This document shows positions 1-8,317 of a stretch of 13,271 nucleotides of DNA, piece by piece. Position 1 is the stretch's first letter, and each line of letters begins with the position of its first letter. This stretch comes from Clostridia bacterium. Lineage in GTDB: Bacteria; Bacillota; Clostridia; Christensenellales; Aristaeellaceae. The notes beneath the pieces are model-generated. The model was given only the letters and a program-made list of their open reading frames with translations. It searched no databases and had not been told where the DNA came from. The DNA lies in the NCBI GenBank assembly GCA_030526225.1, contig JAUNDF010000063.1, positions 1 through 13,271 of the forward strand. The letters run 5' to 3'. The translations under genes were made by a program, and so were the position numbers.

Positions 1-1
1 G

Positions 2-57
2 CCTACCCCCACCCCGACACCCACACCTACGCCTACACCTACCCCCACCCCGACACC
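2..57 (+). repeat. Direct repeat inside the Pro/Thr-linker coding sequence: an identical 20-mer cctacccccaccccgacacc at 2-21 and 38-57 (period 36 nt).
   Basis: Both copies were read directly from the sequence. The surrounding 1-160 is ACC/CCC/ACA/CCG-rich and encodes PTPTP... low complexity. Confidence 0.8.
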
Positions 58-2254
58 TGTGCCCACCGAAACGCCGGTGCCCACACCGGTGGTGGTGTAT
101 ACCGAGCCCACTGATACCCCCGAGCCCACCGCCACACCCACGCCCGCACCCACCGCCCTGCCTGATGGCTGGCTGAGTGCCGACGAGGCCGCCGCTGCCG
201 GGTACACCTGGAAGCAGGCTGACAACGGCGTGGTCATTACGGGCTACAGCGGCACGGCAAGCAAGCTGACCATCCCCGGCAATATTGACGGCATGGCGGT
301 TACGGAAATCGGCGGTCATGCCTTCTCCGGCAACACCGCGCTCACCGGGGTGGATATCCCCGGCAGTGTGGAGCGCATCGGCGAGCTGGCCTTCGGCGGC
401 TGCATCAAGCTGGAGAATGTCAAGCTGGGGAAGGGTCTGCAGCACATCGGCGAGTGTGCCTTCTTCGGCACCGCCATCGAGAGCATCCGCATCCCCGGCA
501 GCGTGCAGACCATGGGCATCAACCCCTTTGCAAGCTGCAGCAGGCTGAACAAAATCACCGTGGATGCAGACAACAAATCCTTCCGGGTCATCGCTTCCGT
601 GCTGTTTAACACCGATAACAACACCCTGATTTTCTACCCCGCAGGGGAACAGCGCACAAGCTACACCGTCCCCGTGGGCACACAGGCCATCGGCGATTCC
701 GCCATGATGATCAACCCCTATCTGGAAACCGTCATCATCCCCGACACGGTGACCGCTATCGGCAGCATGGCGCTGGATAACCCCGCCATCAAAACCGTGT
801 GGCTGCCCAAGGGGCTGCAGACCGTGGGCGACAGCGCCTTCAACGCCCTCAGCGAGCTGCACATCCACGGCGCAAAGGGCAAGGAAGCCAAAACCGCCCC
901 CACCGCCCAGCTGCTGGAAGCAACCAGCTTTGTCATCACCGACACCAAGGCAGCCGTCACCGTGCCCAAGGGCATCAGCATCACCGATGCCGAAGCACAG
1001 ACCCAGGGCTTCCACTACGATGGCAGCCGCCTGACCCGCTATTCCGGCAGTGAAAAGAATGTGGAGGTCCCCGCGGTCATCGGCAATACCATCATCACCA
1101 CCATCGGCGAGGGTGCCTTTAAGGATTGCACCGATGTGAAGACCATCGCCCTGCCGGATACCATTGCCATCATTGAGGATGATGCCTTCCTCGACAGCGG
1201 TATTAAGGAGCTGACATTGCCCGCAAGCTGTACAACGCTTACAGACCACGCTCTGCGCGGCAAGAACTTTACCAAGATCGCAGTTGCAGAAGAAAATCCA
1301 ACTTTCTCTGCGGACAAAAACGGCATATTGTTTAATAAATACAAATCAAGGTTGGTCCGCTATCCTGCGGGGAAAGGCGGCAGTTACACCATCCCTGAAA
1401 ACATTTTTGTCATTAAGCCATATGCATTTGAGGGTGCCACTATTTCCAGCCTAACCTTGAGCAAAAACACGCGTAACATTTAGCCCAATGCATTGATTAG
1501 CATGCCCAAGCTTACCAAGATTACCGTGCACAAGGACAACAAAGTCTATGTGGTTGAGGACAATGTTCTCTATGAGAAAGACGGTCACAAACCGGTCAAA
1601 ATTCTAGCCAAAGCCATTAAGGCAGGCATGACTGTTCAGTTTGGCCGCTACGAGCAGGATGCCAACGAAGCCAACGGCCCTGAAGTCATTGAATGGCAGG
1701 TGCTGGAGGTTAAGGGCGGCAAGGCGCTGGTGATTAGCAAGTATGGCCTGGATGCACAGCCGTATAATACATCAGGAACGGTTGTCACTTGGGAAAATTG
1801 CACCCTGCGCACATGGTTGAACAATGACTTCCTGAATAAAGCATTCACCCACGCAGAACAAGCAGCCATTGAGTTGACCAATGTGGATAACAGCAAGAAA
1901 CAGGGTTATGACAAGTGGACTACCAATGGCGGCAATAATACGCTTGATAAGGTATTCCTGCTAAGCTATGCAGAAGCAAACAAATATTTCGGGGTAACAA
2001 GGGAGAATAGTAACAACACAAAATCTCGTGTACATCCCACAGACTATGCAGTAAAACAAGGCGCGTATGCTAGCAGCAGCGAAACATCCGAAGGCGCGAA
2101 AGCCGGGTGGTGGTGGCTGCGGTTGCCCGGCAGCTCTCAGGGCTATGCCGCGTACGTGAGCGCCGACGGCTCTCTCCGCGACAGCGGTGTCAGCCGCGGT
2201 TCTGGTTGTATTCGCCCCGCTTTCTGGGTCAATCTGGAATCTGGAATCTTCTAA
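2..2254 (+). CDS. Surface protein, 5'-truncated by the window edge: Pro/Thr-rich linker, BspA-type leucine-rich repeats (LRR_5) and a C-terminal DUF6273-like domain. Read through one in-frame TAG at 1481-1483. Under table 11 it splits into 2..1483 and 1493..2254.
   Basis: The frame is open from base 2 and encodes (PT)n, so the GTG at 59 is not the true start. LRR_5-type repeat motifs recur (ITGYSG..LTIPGNIDG..VTEIGGHAF, IPGSVERIGELAFGGC, IPDTVTAIGSMAL, LPDTIAIIEDDAF). The repeat unit spans the TAG in the same frame: LTLSKNTRNI[TAG]PNALISMPKLTKITVHKDNKVYVVEDNVLYEKDG. The DUF6273-like part (about 1631-2245) reads FGRYEQD..IEWQVL..TWENCTLRTWLNNDFLNKAF..VFLLSYAEANKYF..GWWWLRLPG..IRPAFWVNLE. The terminator is TAA at 2252-2254. 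Confidence 0.75.
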
Positions 2255-2350
2255 TCTTTAATCGAATGCGATTGAAATCAGGGGACGGACGAGGGTTGAC
2301 AGCAATCTTGAATCAAAAAAGCTGCAACTGTATCAAACACCGGCATGAAA

Positions 2351-2403
2351 GGGCTTCGCGGTGCAGCCGCGCCGAAGGCGCCTTTTTCCCGCCGTAAGGC
2401 GGG
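2351..2403 (+). terminator. Candidate intrinsic terminator or leader hairpins between the LRR gene and the PP2C operon.
   Basis: GCGCC-GAA-GGCGC (about 2369-2381) is followed by CTTTTT (2382-2387). A perfect CCCGCC-GTAA-GGCGGG hairpin follows at 2388-2403. The stems are short and no energy calculation was done. Confidence 0.4.
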
Positions 2404-2455
2404 TCCGATTATGTATGATTTTTCAATATTCATAACAGTTGAAAGGAGGCAACCT

Positions 2456-3250
2456 ATGCAATACCAATTAACCGTATTCCAGGCCAGCCATCAGGGTGCG
2501 CGGGAATACCAGCAGGACCGGATTGCAGCAACGCCGCAGGATGCGCAGCGGGGGATGCTGACGGTGCTGTGTGATGGCATGGGCGGCATGAAGGACGGTG
2601 AGCGCTTTGCATAGACCGGCTGTGAAAGCATGCTGCGTACCTTTAATGCATTGCCCGCCGGCGGGGACATGGCCGATACCTTGTACACCTGCTACAAGCG
2701 GGCCAATGAGGAAGCGCTGAACATCCAGAGCGAGGATGAACGCGAGGCGGGGGGCAGCACCATCACCGCCGTGTATATCCGCGGGGATGAATGCGTGTTT
2801 CTTTCCTCCGGTGACAGCCGCATCTACCTGTGCCGGGGCGGCAGCCTGATTCAGCTTTCCCGCGACCAAAACATGGGCGCGCTGCTGGATGTGCGGGCCG
2901 GGCTGGGGGATATTGACTGGTCCATGGCAAAATCCGCCATGGGCAGAAGCTCCCTCACCGGGCATCTGGGCATGAATGGCGGCCAGCCCTGTGACATCAG
3001 CCCATAGCCCTTCCGCCTTGTGCGGGGGGATGTGCTGCTGCAAATGTCGGATGGCGTGTACGGCACGTTGTCGGATGCGGAGATTCTTGCCTGCATGCAG
3101 GGCGCGGAAAACCCGGCGGAGAGCATCATCGCCGCCACCATCGGCAAAAAGAAACCCCGGCAGGATAACTGCTCGGTGATTGTAACCTATGTGCAAAGCC
3201 CTTATTTCCAGGGTGAAAAAATCACCCGGCACAAGAGAAAAAGGAGGTAA
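2456..3250 (+). CDS. PP2C-family Ser/Thr protein phosphatase (soluble), read through two in-frame TAG codons (2612-2614, 3005-3007). Under table 11 it fragments into 2456..2614, 2630..3007 and 3020..3250, all in the same frame.
   Basis: The SD GAAAGGAGG at 2441-2449 lies 6 nt before ATG 2456. PP2C motifs are spread over all three fragments in the correct order: REYQQD, CDGMGG, GGSTITAV, GDSRIYL, MSDGVYG, QDNCSVIV. The terminator is TAA at 3248-3250. Confidence 0.8.
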
Positions 3251-3256
3251 TGTACC

Positions 3257-4558
3257 TTGGCAAATGAAACGAATACTACATTCAACAACTCTAACCCAAA
3301 TGAAACGGACGAAGAATTTGACACTATCGTCTAGAAAGACGATGGTAAGGAAACTCCGGTCAACGAAACAGAATCAGGTGACGGAAATGATGCTGCAACT
3401 ACAGATATAACAACGGACGAAGCAACAAAAGATGCAGCGAACGAAACAACGAATGAAACCGCAGATGAAACGACAGACGGAGAAAACAACAAGAAATCCG
3501 AAGAACAGGTGACACAAGATAACAATTTCGTTTCAATCTCGGGAGGAGGCTTGACCGTAACAGGGCAGGATAACCAGCAAGCAGACAAACCTGCCGAAGG
3601 AGAACAGGTGACCACCGAGGCTGTTGTTCAAGCTGCCCCCATCGAAGCCCCCGCCAAAACCGGCGGCTTCAATGTATGGCCGCTGGTGATTGTGCTGCTG
3701 ATTGCGGCCCTGGGCGCAGCCGCCTTTGTGCTGTGGAAGAAGCGGCGCGCCGTGCCTGTTATCAGCGATGTGGGTGCCACGGAAGCGGGCGGCGATGTGG
3801 GCATTGGCATCCGCGTGGGCGGCGCCCAGACCATCGGCAAGCGCAGCGATCAGGAGGATTCCCTGTGCTACTCCAACTGGCAGAATGTGGCCGAGTATAA
3901 CGAGCGCGGCCTGCTGGCAGCGGTATCCGACGGCATCGGCGGGCTGGAAAAGAGCGAGCTGGCCAGCCAAACAGCCATGCGCAACATGCGGGTGCGCTTC
4001 CTGAAGCAGGACCCCGCCGTGGCCCCGGCAGACCGCCTGCTGGAGCTGACCGGTGCCGCCCAGCAGGATGTGCTTGCCCTGAACCATGCATTGCCCCAGG
4101 GCAGCAGGGTGATGGGTGCCACGCTGGTCAGTGTGCTGATTCAGCGCAACCTGCTGTGGCTGTCCTCTGTGGGCGACAGCCGCATCTACCTGTACCGCGC
4201 CGGTGCCATGCTGCCCCTCAACCGGCCCCACGTATTCGGCAAGGAGAACCGGGAGGATGCGGTGCTCACCGGCGGTGGCCGTCCCTCCGATGCACGACAG
4301 GATAAAAAGCTCACCGCCTACCTCGGGCAGGAAAACCTGCGCAAGGTGGACCGCAACGTGAACCCCATCAAGCTGATGCCCAGCGACCGTGTGCTGCTGA
4401 TGAGCGACGGCGTGTTCGGCACCGTGGGCGAGGACGAGATGGTCCGCTCCATGGGCCTTAGCCCCGACTTGGCCGCCAAGGACATCATCCGCATGGTGGA
4501 GGCCGCCAACAAACCCCATCAGGATAACGCCACCGTGGTGGTTATCGCACTGGATTAA
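3257..4558 (+). CDS. Membrane-anchored PP2C-family Ser/Thr phosphatase: acidic Thr/Asn/Glu-rich N-terminal tail, one TM helix and a PP2C domain. The start is uncertain. The core 3509..4558 is solid. The longer model starts at TTG 3257 and reads through TAG 3332-3334.
   Basis: PP2C motifs are present: GKRSDQEDS, SDGIGG, GATLVSV, GDSRIYL, MSDGVFG, HQDNATVVVI. The TM helix VWPLVIVLLIAALGAAAFVLW (about 3674-3736) is followed by KKRR, placing the PP2C domain in the cytoplasm. The SD AAAAGGAGG (3239-3247) lies 9 nt before TTG 3257, and the frame stays open into the PP2C domain except for one TAG. Alternative starts are GTG 3509 (no SD) and TTG 3551 (GGAGG at 3542-3546, only 4 nt away). The terminator is TAA at 4556-4558. 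Confidence 0.7.
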
Positions 4559-4571
4559 AGGAGGCAGCAAC

Positions 4572-5840
4572 ATGAAAAGATTCTTTGCCTTGCTGCTGGC
4601 CGTGCTGCTGCTGGCACTGCCGGTGCTGGGTCTGGCAGCAACCTATCAGGATGTGCGCGACAGCGTGGTGCGCATTTATGCTATCGGTTCGTATTACGTC
4701 CCCCAAGAAAATAGATATATAAAGGTTCCTTGGGTAGGCTCTGCCTTTGCCGTGGGCAAAAAGGGCGAGAAGGTGCAGTACTTTGTTACCAACCACCATG
4801 TAACGGGCAAGATTGGCGAATTGGATATTATTCCTGGAAGTGGCGGCATATTGGGCCAGCTGGAGAGCGTGGAGCTGTATGTTGTATATGATGATGTCAC
4901 CAACATGCTTGGTGCCCGTGTGGTGGGATGCCATGACACTGCTGACCTCGCAGTGGTGAGGCTTAATAGTGCCACGGATGTCCGCAAGCCCGTTACCTTC
5001 CATGACCCCAATGCAGATTTAAACAGCTATCAGGGTGAAGCAGTGTACGCATTGGGCTTCCCTGTCGATGGCGATGTTTTCATGAATGCAGACGCACAGG
5101 AATCATTGGCTTCTGCACCTTTTCAGGTGACGGTAAACAATGGCATAATACAGCGCATCCTACCTTCATCAGATACATTCGGCGGCGAAGTAGTTCAACA
5201 TGGTGCTGACATATCCGGCGGCAATTCCGGCGGTCCCCTTGTTACGGCGGACGGCAAGGTCATCGGCGTTAATACTGCCGGTGCGATGGAAGGCAAATAC
5301 TATAGCGCCTTGTCCTACCGCGAAGTACTGAAGATGCTGGATGATTATAATGTCCCCTACCAGACAGGCGGAGCTGGGCTGATGGGCAGCTCCCCGGTGA
5401 CATGGATTATTGCCGGTGTGCTGGCTGTGGCAGTTATCGTGGTGGTGGTGGTGCTGGTGCGCCAGAACAAGAAGGGCACCGCTGTGCCCGATGCCCCTGC
5501 GGCAGTCGCTCCCGCAGCGGATGGTGAAAAGCGTACCCTCCGCGGCGAAACGGGCGCCCTTGCCGGCAAGAGCTTTGTGCTGACCTCCGGCAAGCCGCTG
5601 GTGCTGGGCCGTGACCCGGGCCAGTGCAATGTGCTGTTCCCCAAGGATACGAAGAAGGTCAGCCGCGTTCACTGCACCATCACCCTCACCGGCGGCAAGG
5701 TTACCGTGACCGACAACCGCTCCACCTGCGGCGTGTTGATTGACGGCAACCCCATCCCCGCCGGCGGCACAAAGACATGGCACCGCGGTCAGGTGCTTCA
5801 GATTGGCTCCGATGCCGAACAGTTTACCCTGCATTCCTGA
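4572..5840 (+). CDS. Secreted trypsin-like (S1/Trypsin_2-type) serine protease domain, a TM helix and a C-terminal cytoplasmic FHA domain.
   Basis: The SD AGGAGG at 4558-4563 lies upstream of ATG 4572. The signal peptide reads MKRFFALLLAVLLLALPVLGLAA. Catalytic-triad contexts are TNHHV (His), DLAVVRL (Asp) and GGNSGGPL (Ser codon 5226-5228). The TM helix is WIIAGVLAVAVIVVVVVLV (about 5401-5460). FHA motifs read LVLGRD...SRVHC...NRSTCGVLIDGNPI. The terminator is TGA. Confidence 0.9.
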   Translation: MKRFFALLLAVLLLALPVLGLAATYQDVRDSVVRIYAIGSYYVPQENRYIKVPWVGSAFAVGKKGEKVQYFVTNHHVTGKIGELDIIPGSGGILGQLESVELYVVYDDVTNMLGARVVGCHDTADLAVVRLNSATDVRKPVTFHDPNADLNSYQGEAVYALGFPVDGDVFMNADAQESLASAPFQVTVNNGIIQRILPSSDTFGGEVVQHGADISGGNSGGPLVTADGKVIGVNTAGAMEGKYYSALSYREVLKMLDDYNVPYQTGGAGLMGSSPVTWIIAGVLAVAVIVVVVVLVRQNKKGTAVPDAPAAVAPAADGEKRTLRGETGALAGKSFVLTSGKPLVLGRDPGQCNVLFPKDTKKVSRVHCTITLTGGKVTVTDNRSTCGVLIDGNPIPAGGTKTWHRGQVLQIGSDAEQFTLHS

Positions 5841-5876
5841 TGAAGCATTATCACATATCAATAGGAGGAAATATTC

Positions 5877-6425
5877 ATGAGCAAGCAGTATTTCGACCAG
5901 AGCTACATTTCCGGCGTAACCGACGAAACCATGGCCGCCACCATGGTGGATGCTACCATGGTGGATGACGACGAATCCACCGAGCCCATCACCAACGAAA
6001 CGGAGAATGACGGCTACGGCGAAACCGAGGTTCTCCGCCCCGCAGGCTTTGAGGATGCCCGCCGTGACCCCGTGGTGGGCTGGCTGGTGTGCATCTCAGG
6101 CACAGAGCTGGGCGCCGATTTCCGCATCCACGAGGGCTGGAACACCATCGGCCGCGACCCCTCCAACGACATTGTCATCAACGACCCTGCCGTATCTGCC
6201 GACAAGATGTGCACTCTGCTGTACGATGACCCCACCAAGGCATTCATCATCGCCCGGGGCAACGGCCGCAATCCCTCCCGCATCAACGGCCGCCCGCTGG
6301 TCAGCGAAAAGGAGCTGGCACCCTTCGATCACCTGACCATCGGCAACACCGAGCTGATTTTCGTCCCCCTGTGCGGCGAACAGTTCTCCTGGGAAAGCTT
6401 CCGCAAGGACAACGAAAAGGCATAA
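5877..6425 (+). CDS. Small soluble FHA-domain protein with an acidic, Thr-rich N-terminal tail.
   Basis: The SD AGGAGG at 5863-5868 lies 8 nt before ATG 5877. The FHA core reads GWLVCISGTELGADFRIHEGWNTIGRDPSNDIVINDPAVS...NPSRINGRPL...LTIGNTELIF. The terminator is TAA. Confidence 0.9.
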   Translation: MSKQYFDQSYISGVTDETMAATMVDATMVDDDESTEPITNETENDGYGETEVLRPAGFEDARRDPVVGWLVCISGTELGADFRIHEGWNTIGRDPSNDIVINDPAVSADKMCTLLYDDPTKAFIIARGNGRNPSRINGRPLVSEKELAPFDHLTIGNTELIFVPLCGEQFSWESFRKDNEKA

Positions 6426-6461
6426 CCATGACCCTGCGCAACATTGCATAAAGGAGAGTGA

Positions 6462-8303
6462 TTGTGCCCCATGAGCGAAATGTGCTACCGGTGCATGACC
6501 GAAACCCTTGAAAACGGCACCTGTACCCGATGCGGCAAGCCGAGGTACGTGCCCGAGCCCTCCAATGCCGATGCACTGCCTGTGGGCACCCGGCTGGATA
6601 ACGGCAGCCCCGTGGTGGGCGCCATCCTTGGCCGGGGCGGCTTTGGCATTACCTATGTGGCGCTGGATACGGAAGTGAATCCCCCGCAGAAAATCGCCCT
6701 GAAGGAATACATGCCCCGCCACATGGCCACCAGAAGCGGTCTCAATCTGCAGGTGGACCCTGCCCATCAGGAGGAATACGAGCATTCCCTGCGCGCCTTC
6801 GCCCGGGAAAGCAGCGTGATCGACCGCCTGAAGGAGCACCCCAACATCGTGAAGGTGTTCTATTCCTTTAGGGAAAACAACACCGCCTACTACGGCATGC
6901 AGTTCCTGGAGGGCATGAGCCTGAAGGAATGGATTAAAAAGAGCGGCAAGCCCATGTCCGGCAAGGAAGCATGCATGCTGCTCAATCCCATCATGGATGC
7001 GCTGGCCTACACCCACAAGCAGGGCCTGCTGCACCGTGACATCAGCCCCAACAACATCTTCCTGTGCGGCACCGGCCAAAAGGACGTAACCGCCATGACC
7101 CCCAAGCTGATTGACTTCGGTGCCGCCCATGCCTATGTGGGCGATTATACCAAATCTCTTGCGCTGATTAAGACCAAGGGCTTCACCCCGGTGGAGCAGA
7201 TTCTCTACGGCGCCGAGTGTCAGGGCTCCTGGACGGATGTGTACGCCTTCTGCGCGGTGTTCTACTACGCCATCACCGGCCGCAATCTGCCCGACTCCAA
7301 GGATCGCTACATCGACAACGCCACCTTCCTCACGCCCAATGAGCTGGGGGCAAAAATCCCCAAGGAGGCCGAGAACGCCCTGCTCTCCGGTCTGGCCATC
7401 AACTACAAGGAGCGCACCCAGAACATGGCCGAGCTGCAGGAGAAGCTGTGCAAGGCCTTCGGGATTGCGCCCTACCACTACACCAAAATGGTGGAAAGCA
7501 CCCCGGTGGATCCCGACCCCGGCCCCGCGCCTGTCCACACACCGGTACCCAGACCCGTCGAAGCGCCGGTGCAGCACGAGGCCCCTGCGGCGGTCAAATC
7601 TGCCGACACCCGCATGCGGGACAGAATCCTTGGGGGCATGCTGGAGCTGATTATCTGCTACGCCGCGGCCTTCCTGCTGGTGCCCGGTTGGCAGGCACTG
7701 CTCTACGGCCTTGCCGGCATGACGCTGCTCAACACCGTGCTGTGCTCTGTGGGCGGCGGCGGTACCCTTGGCATGCGCCTCAGCCGCCAGCGGCTGGTGG
7801 ACCAGTCCGGCCGTGTGCCCAGCGTGGCGGTATCCCTTGCATACAGCCTGCTGACGGCGTTCTTCCCCTTCTCCGTGCTGGATTGCCTTGTCAACAGCGG
7901 CGACAAGCCCTGCTGGCGTGAAAAGATGCTGGCGGTGCAGACCGTTTCCTCCGGGGAGAAGGCGCCTGAGGCTCCCGCTGCCGCTGCCCAGAAGAAGCCC
8001 GTCGGAAAGGCTTGGCTGGAGACGGCCGCCGGTGAACGGATTGACGTGGAGAACGGCACGCTGGTCACCCGCCACGGCAAGGACTGCAAGGGCTACAAGC
8101 ATACCATCATCCTCAAGGATGAAATGGTATCCGGCAAGCATTGCGAATTCTATCAGGCAAGGGGCGGCTGGTACGTGCAGGATCTGTACTCCACCAACCA
8201 CACCTACATCAACGGCTCTGCCATTCCCCCCGCGGCTGAGGTTCCCCTTTCCGACGGTACGCGGGTGACCATCGGCGGCACCGACATGACCTTCCATTGC
8301 TGA
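6462..8303 (+). CDS. Hanks-type Ser/Thr protein kinase with an N-terminal CxxC..CxxC zinc ribbon, a central RDD-like multi-TM module and a C-terminal FHA domain.
   Basis: The zinc ribbon CYRC...CTRCG lies at 6483-6533. Kinase motifs are GRGGFGITY (from 6630), ALKEY, HRDISPNN (catalytic Asp 7038-7040) and DFG (7113-7121). The RDD-like part reads RILGGMLELIICY...GTLGMRLSRQRLVDQSGRVPS. FHA motifs read SGKHC...DLYSTNHTYINGSAI. The start is TTG 6462 (GGAG at 6453-6456) or ATG 6471. The terminator is TGA. Confidence 0.9.
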   Translation: MCPMSEMCYRCMTETLENGTCTRCGKPRYVPEPSNADALPVGTRLDNGSPVVGAILGRGGFGITYVALDTEVNPPQKIALKEYMPRHMATRSGLNLQVDPAHQEEYEHSLRAFARESSVIDRLKEHPNIVKVFYSFRENNTAYYGMQFLEGMSLKEWIKKSGKPMSGKEACMLLNPIMDALAYTHKQGLLHRDISPNNIFLCGTGQKDVTAMTPKLIDFGAAHAYVGDYTKSLALIKTKGFTPVEQILYGAECQGSWTDVYAFCAVFYYAITGRNLPDSKDRYIDNATFLTPNELGAKIPKEAENALLSGLAINYKERTQNMAELQEKLCKAFGIAPYHYTKMVESTPVDPDPGPAPVHTPVPRPVEAPVQHEAPAAVKSADTRMRDRILGGMLELIICYAAAFLLVPGWQALLYGLAGMTLLNTVLCSVGGGGTLGMRLSRQRLVDQSGRVPSVAVSLAYSLLTAFFPFSVLDCLVNSGDKPCWREKMLAVQTVSSGEKAPEAPAAAAQKKPVGKAWLETAAGERIDVENGTLVTRHGKDCKGYKHTIILKDEMVSGKHCEFYQARGGWYVQDLYSTNHTYINGSAIPPAAEVPLSDGTRVTIGGTDMTFHC

Positions 8304-8317
8304 AAAGAGGTATTTAT

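Noticed and set aside
2296-2336. Promoter-like hexamers upstream of the PP2C operon: TTGACA at 2296-2301, and TTGAAT (2308-2313)-N17-TATCAA (2331-2336).
   Set aside because: TTGACA has no -10 element at usable spacing. The second pair is only a 4/6 + 4/6 match and lies upstream of the terminator-like hairpins. This is too weak to call without transcription start data.
8297-8317. The track's TTG start at 8297 for the vWA-FHA gene, which overlaps the kinase stop.
   Set aside because: ATG 8318 has a properly spaced SD (AAGAGG at 8305-8310) and yields a canonical signal peptide (MMKKIAALV...). The extra MLKRGIY residues are unnecessary.
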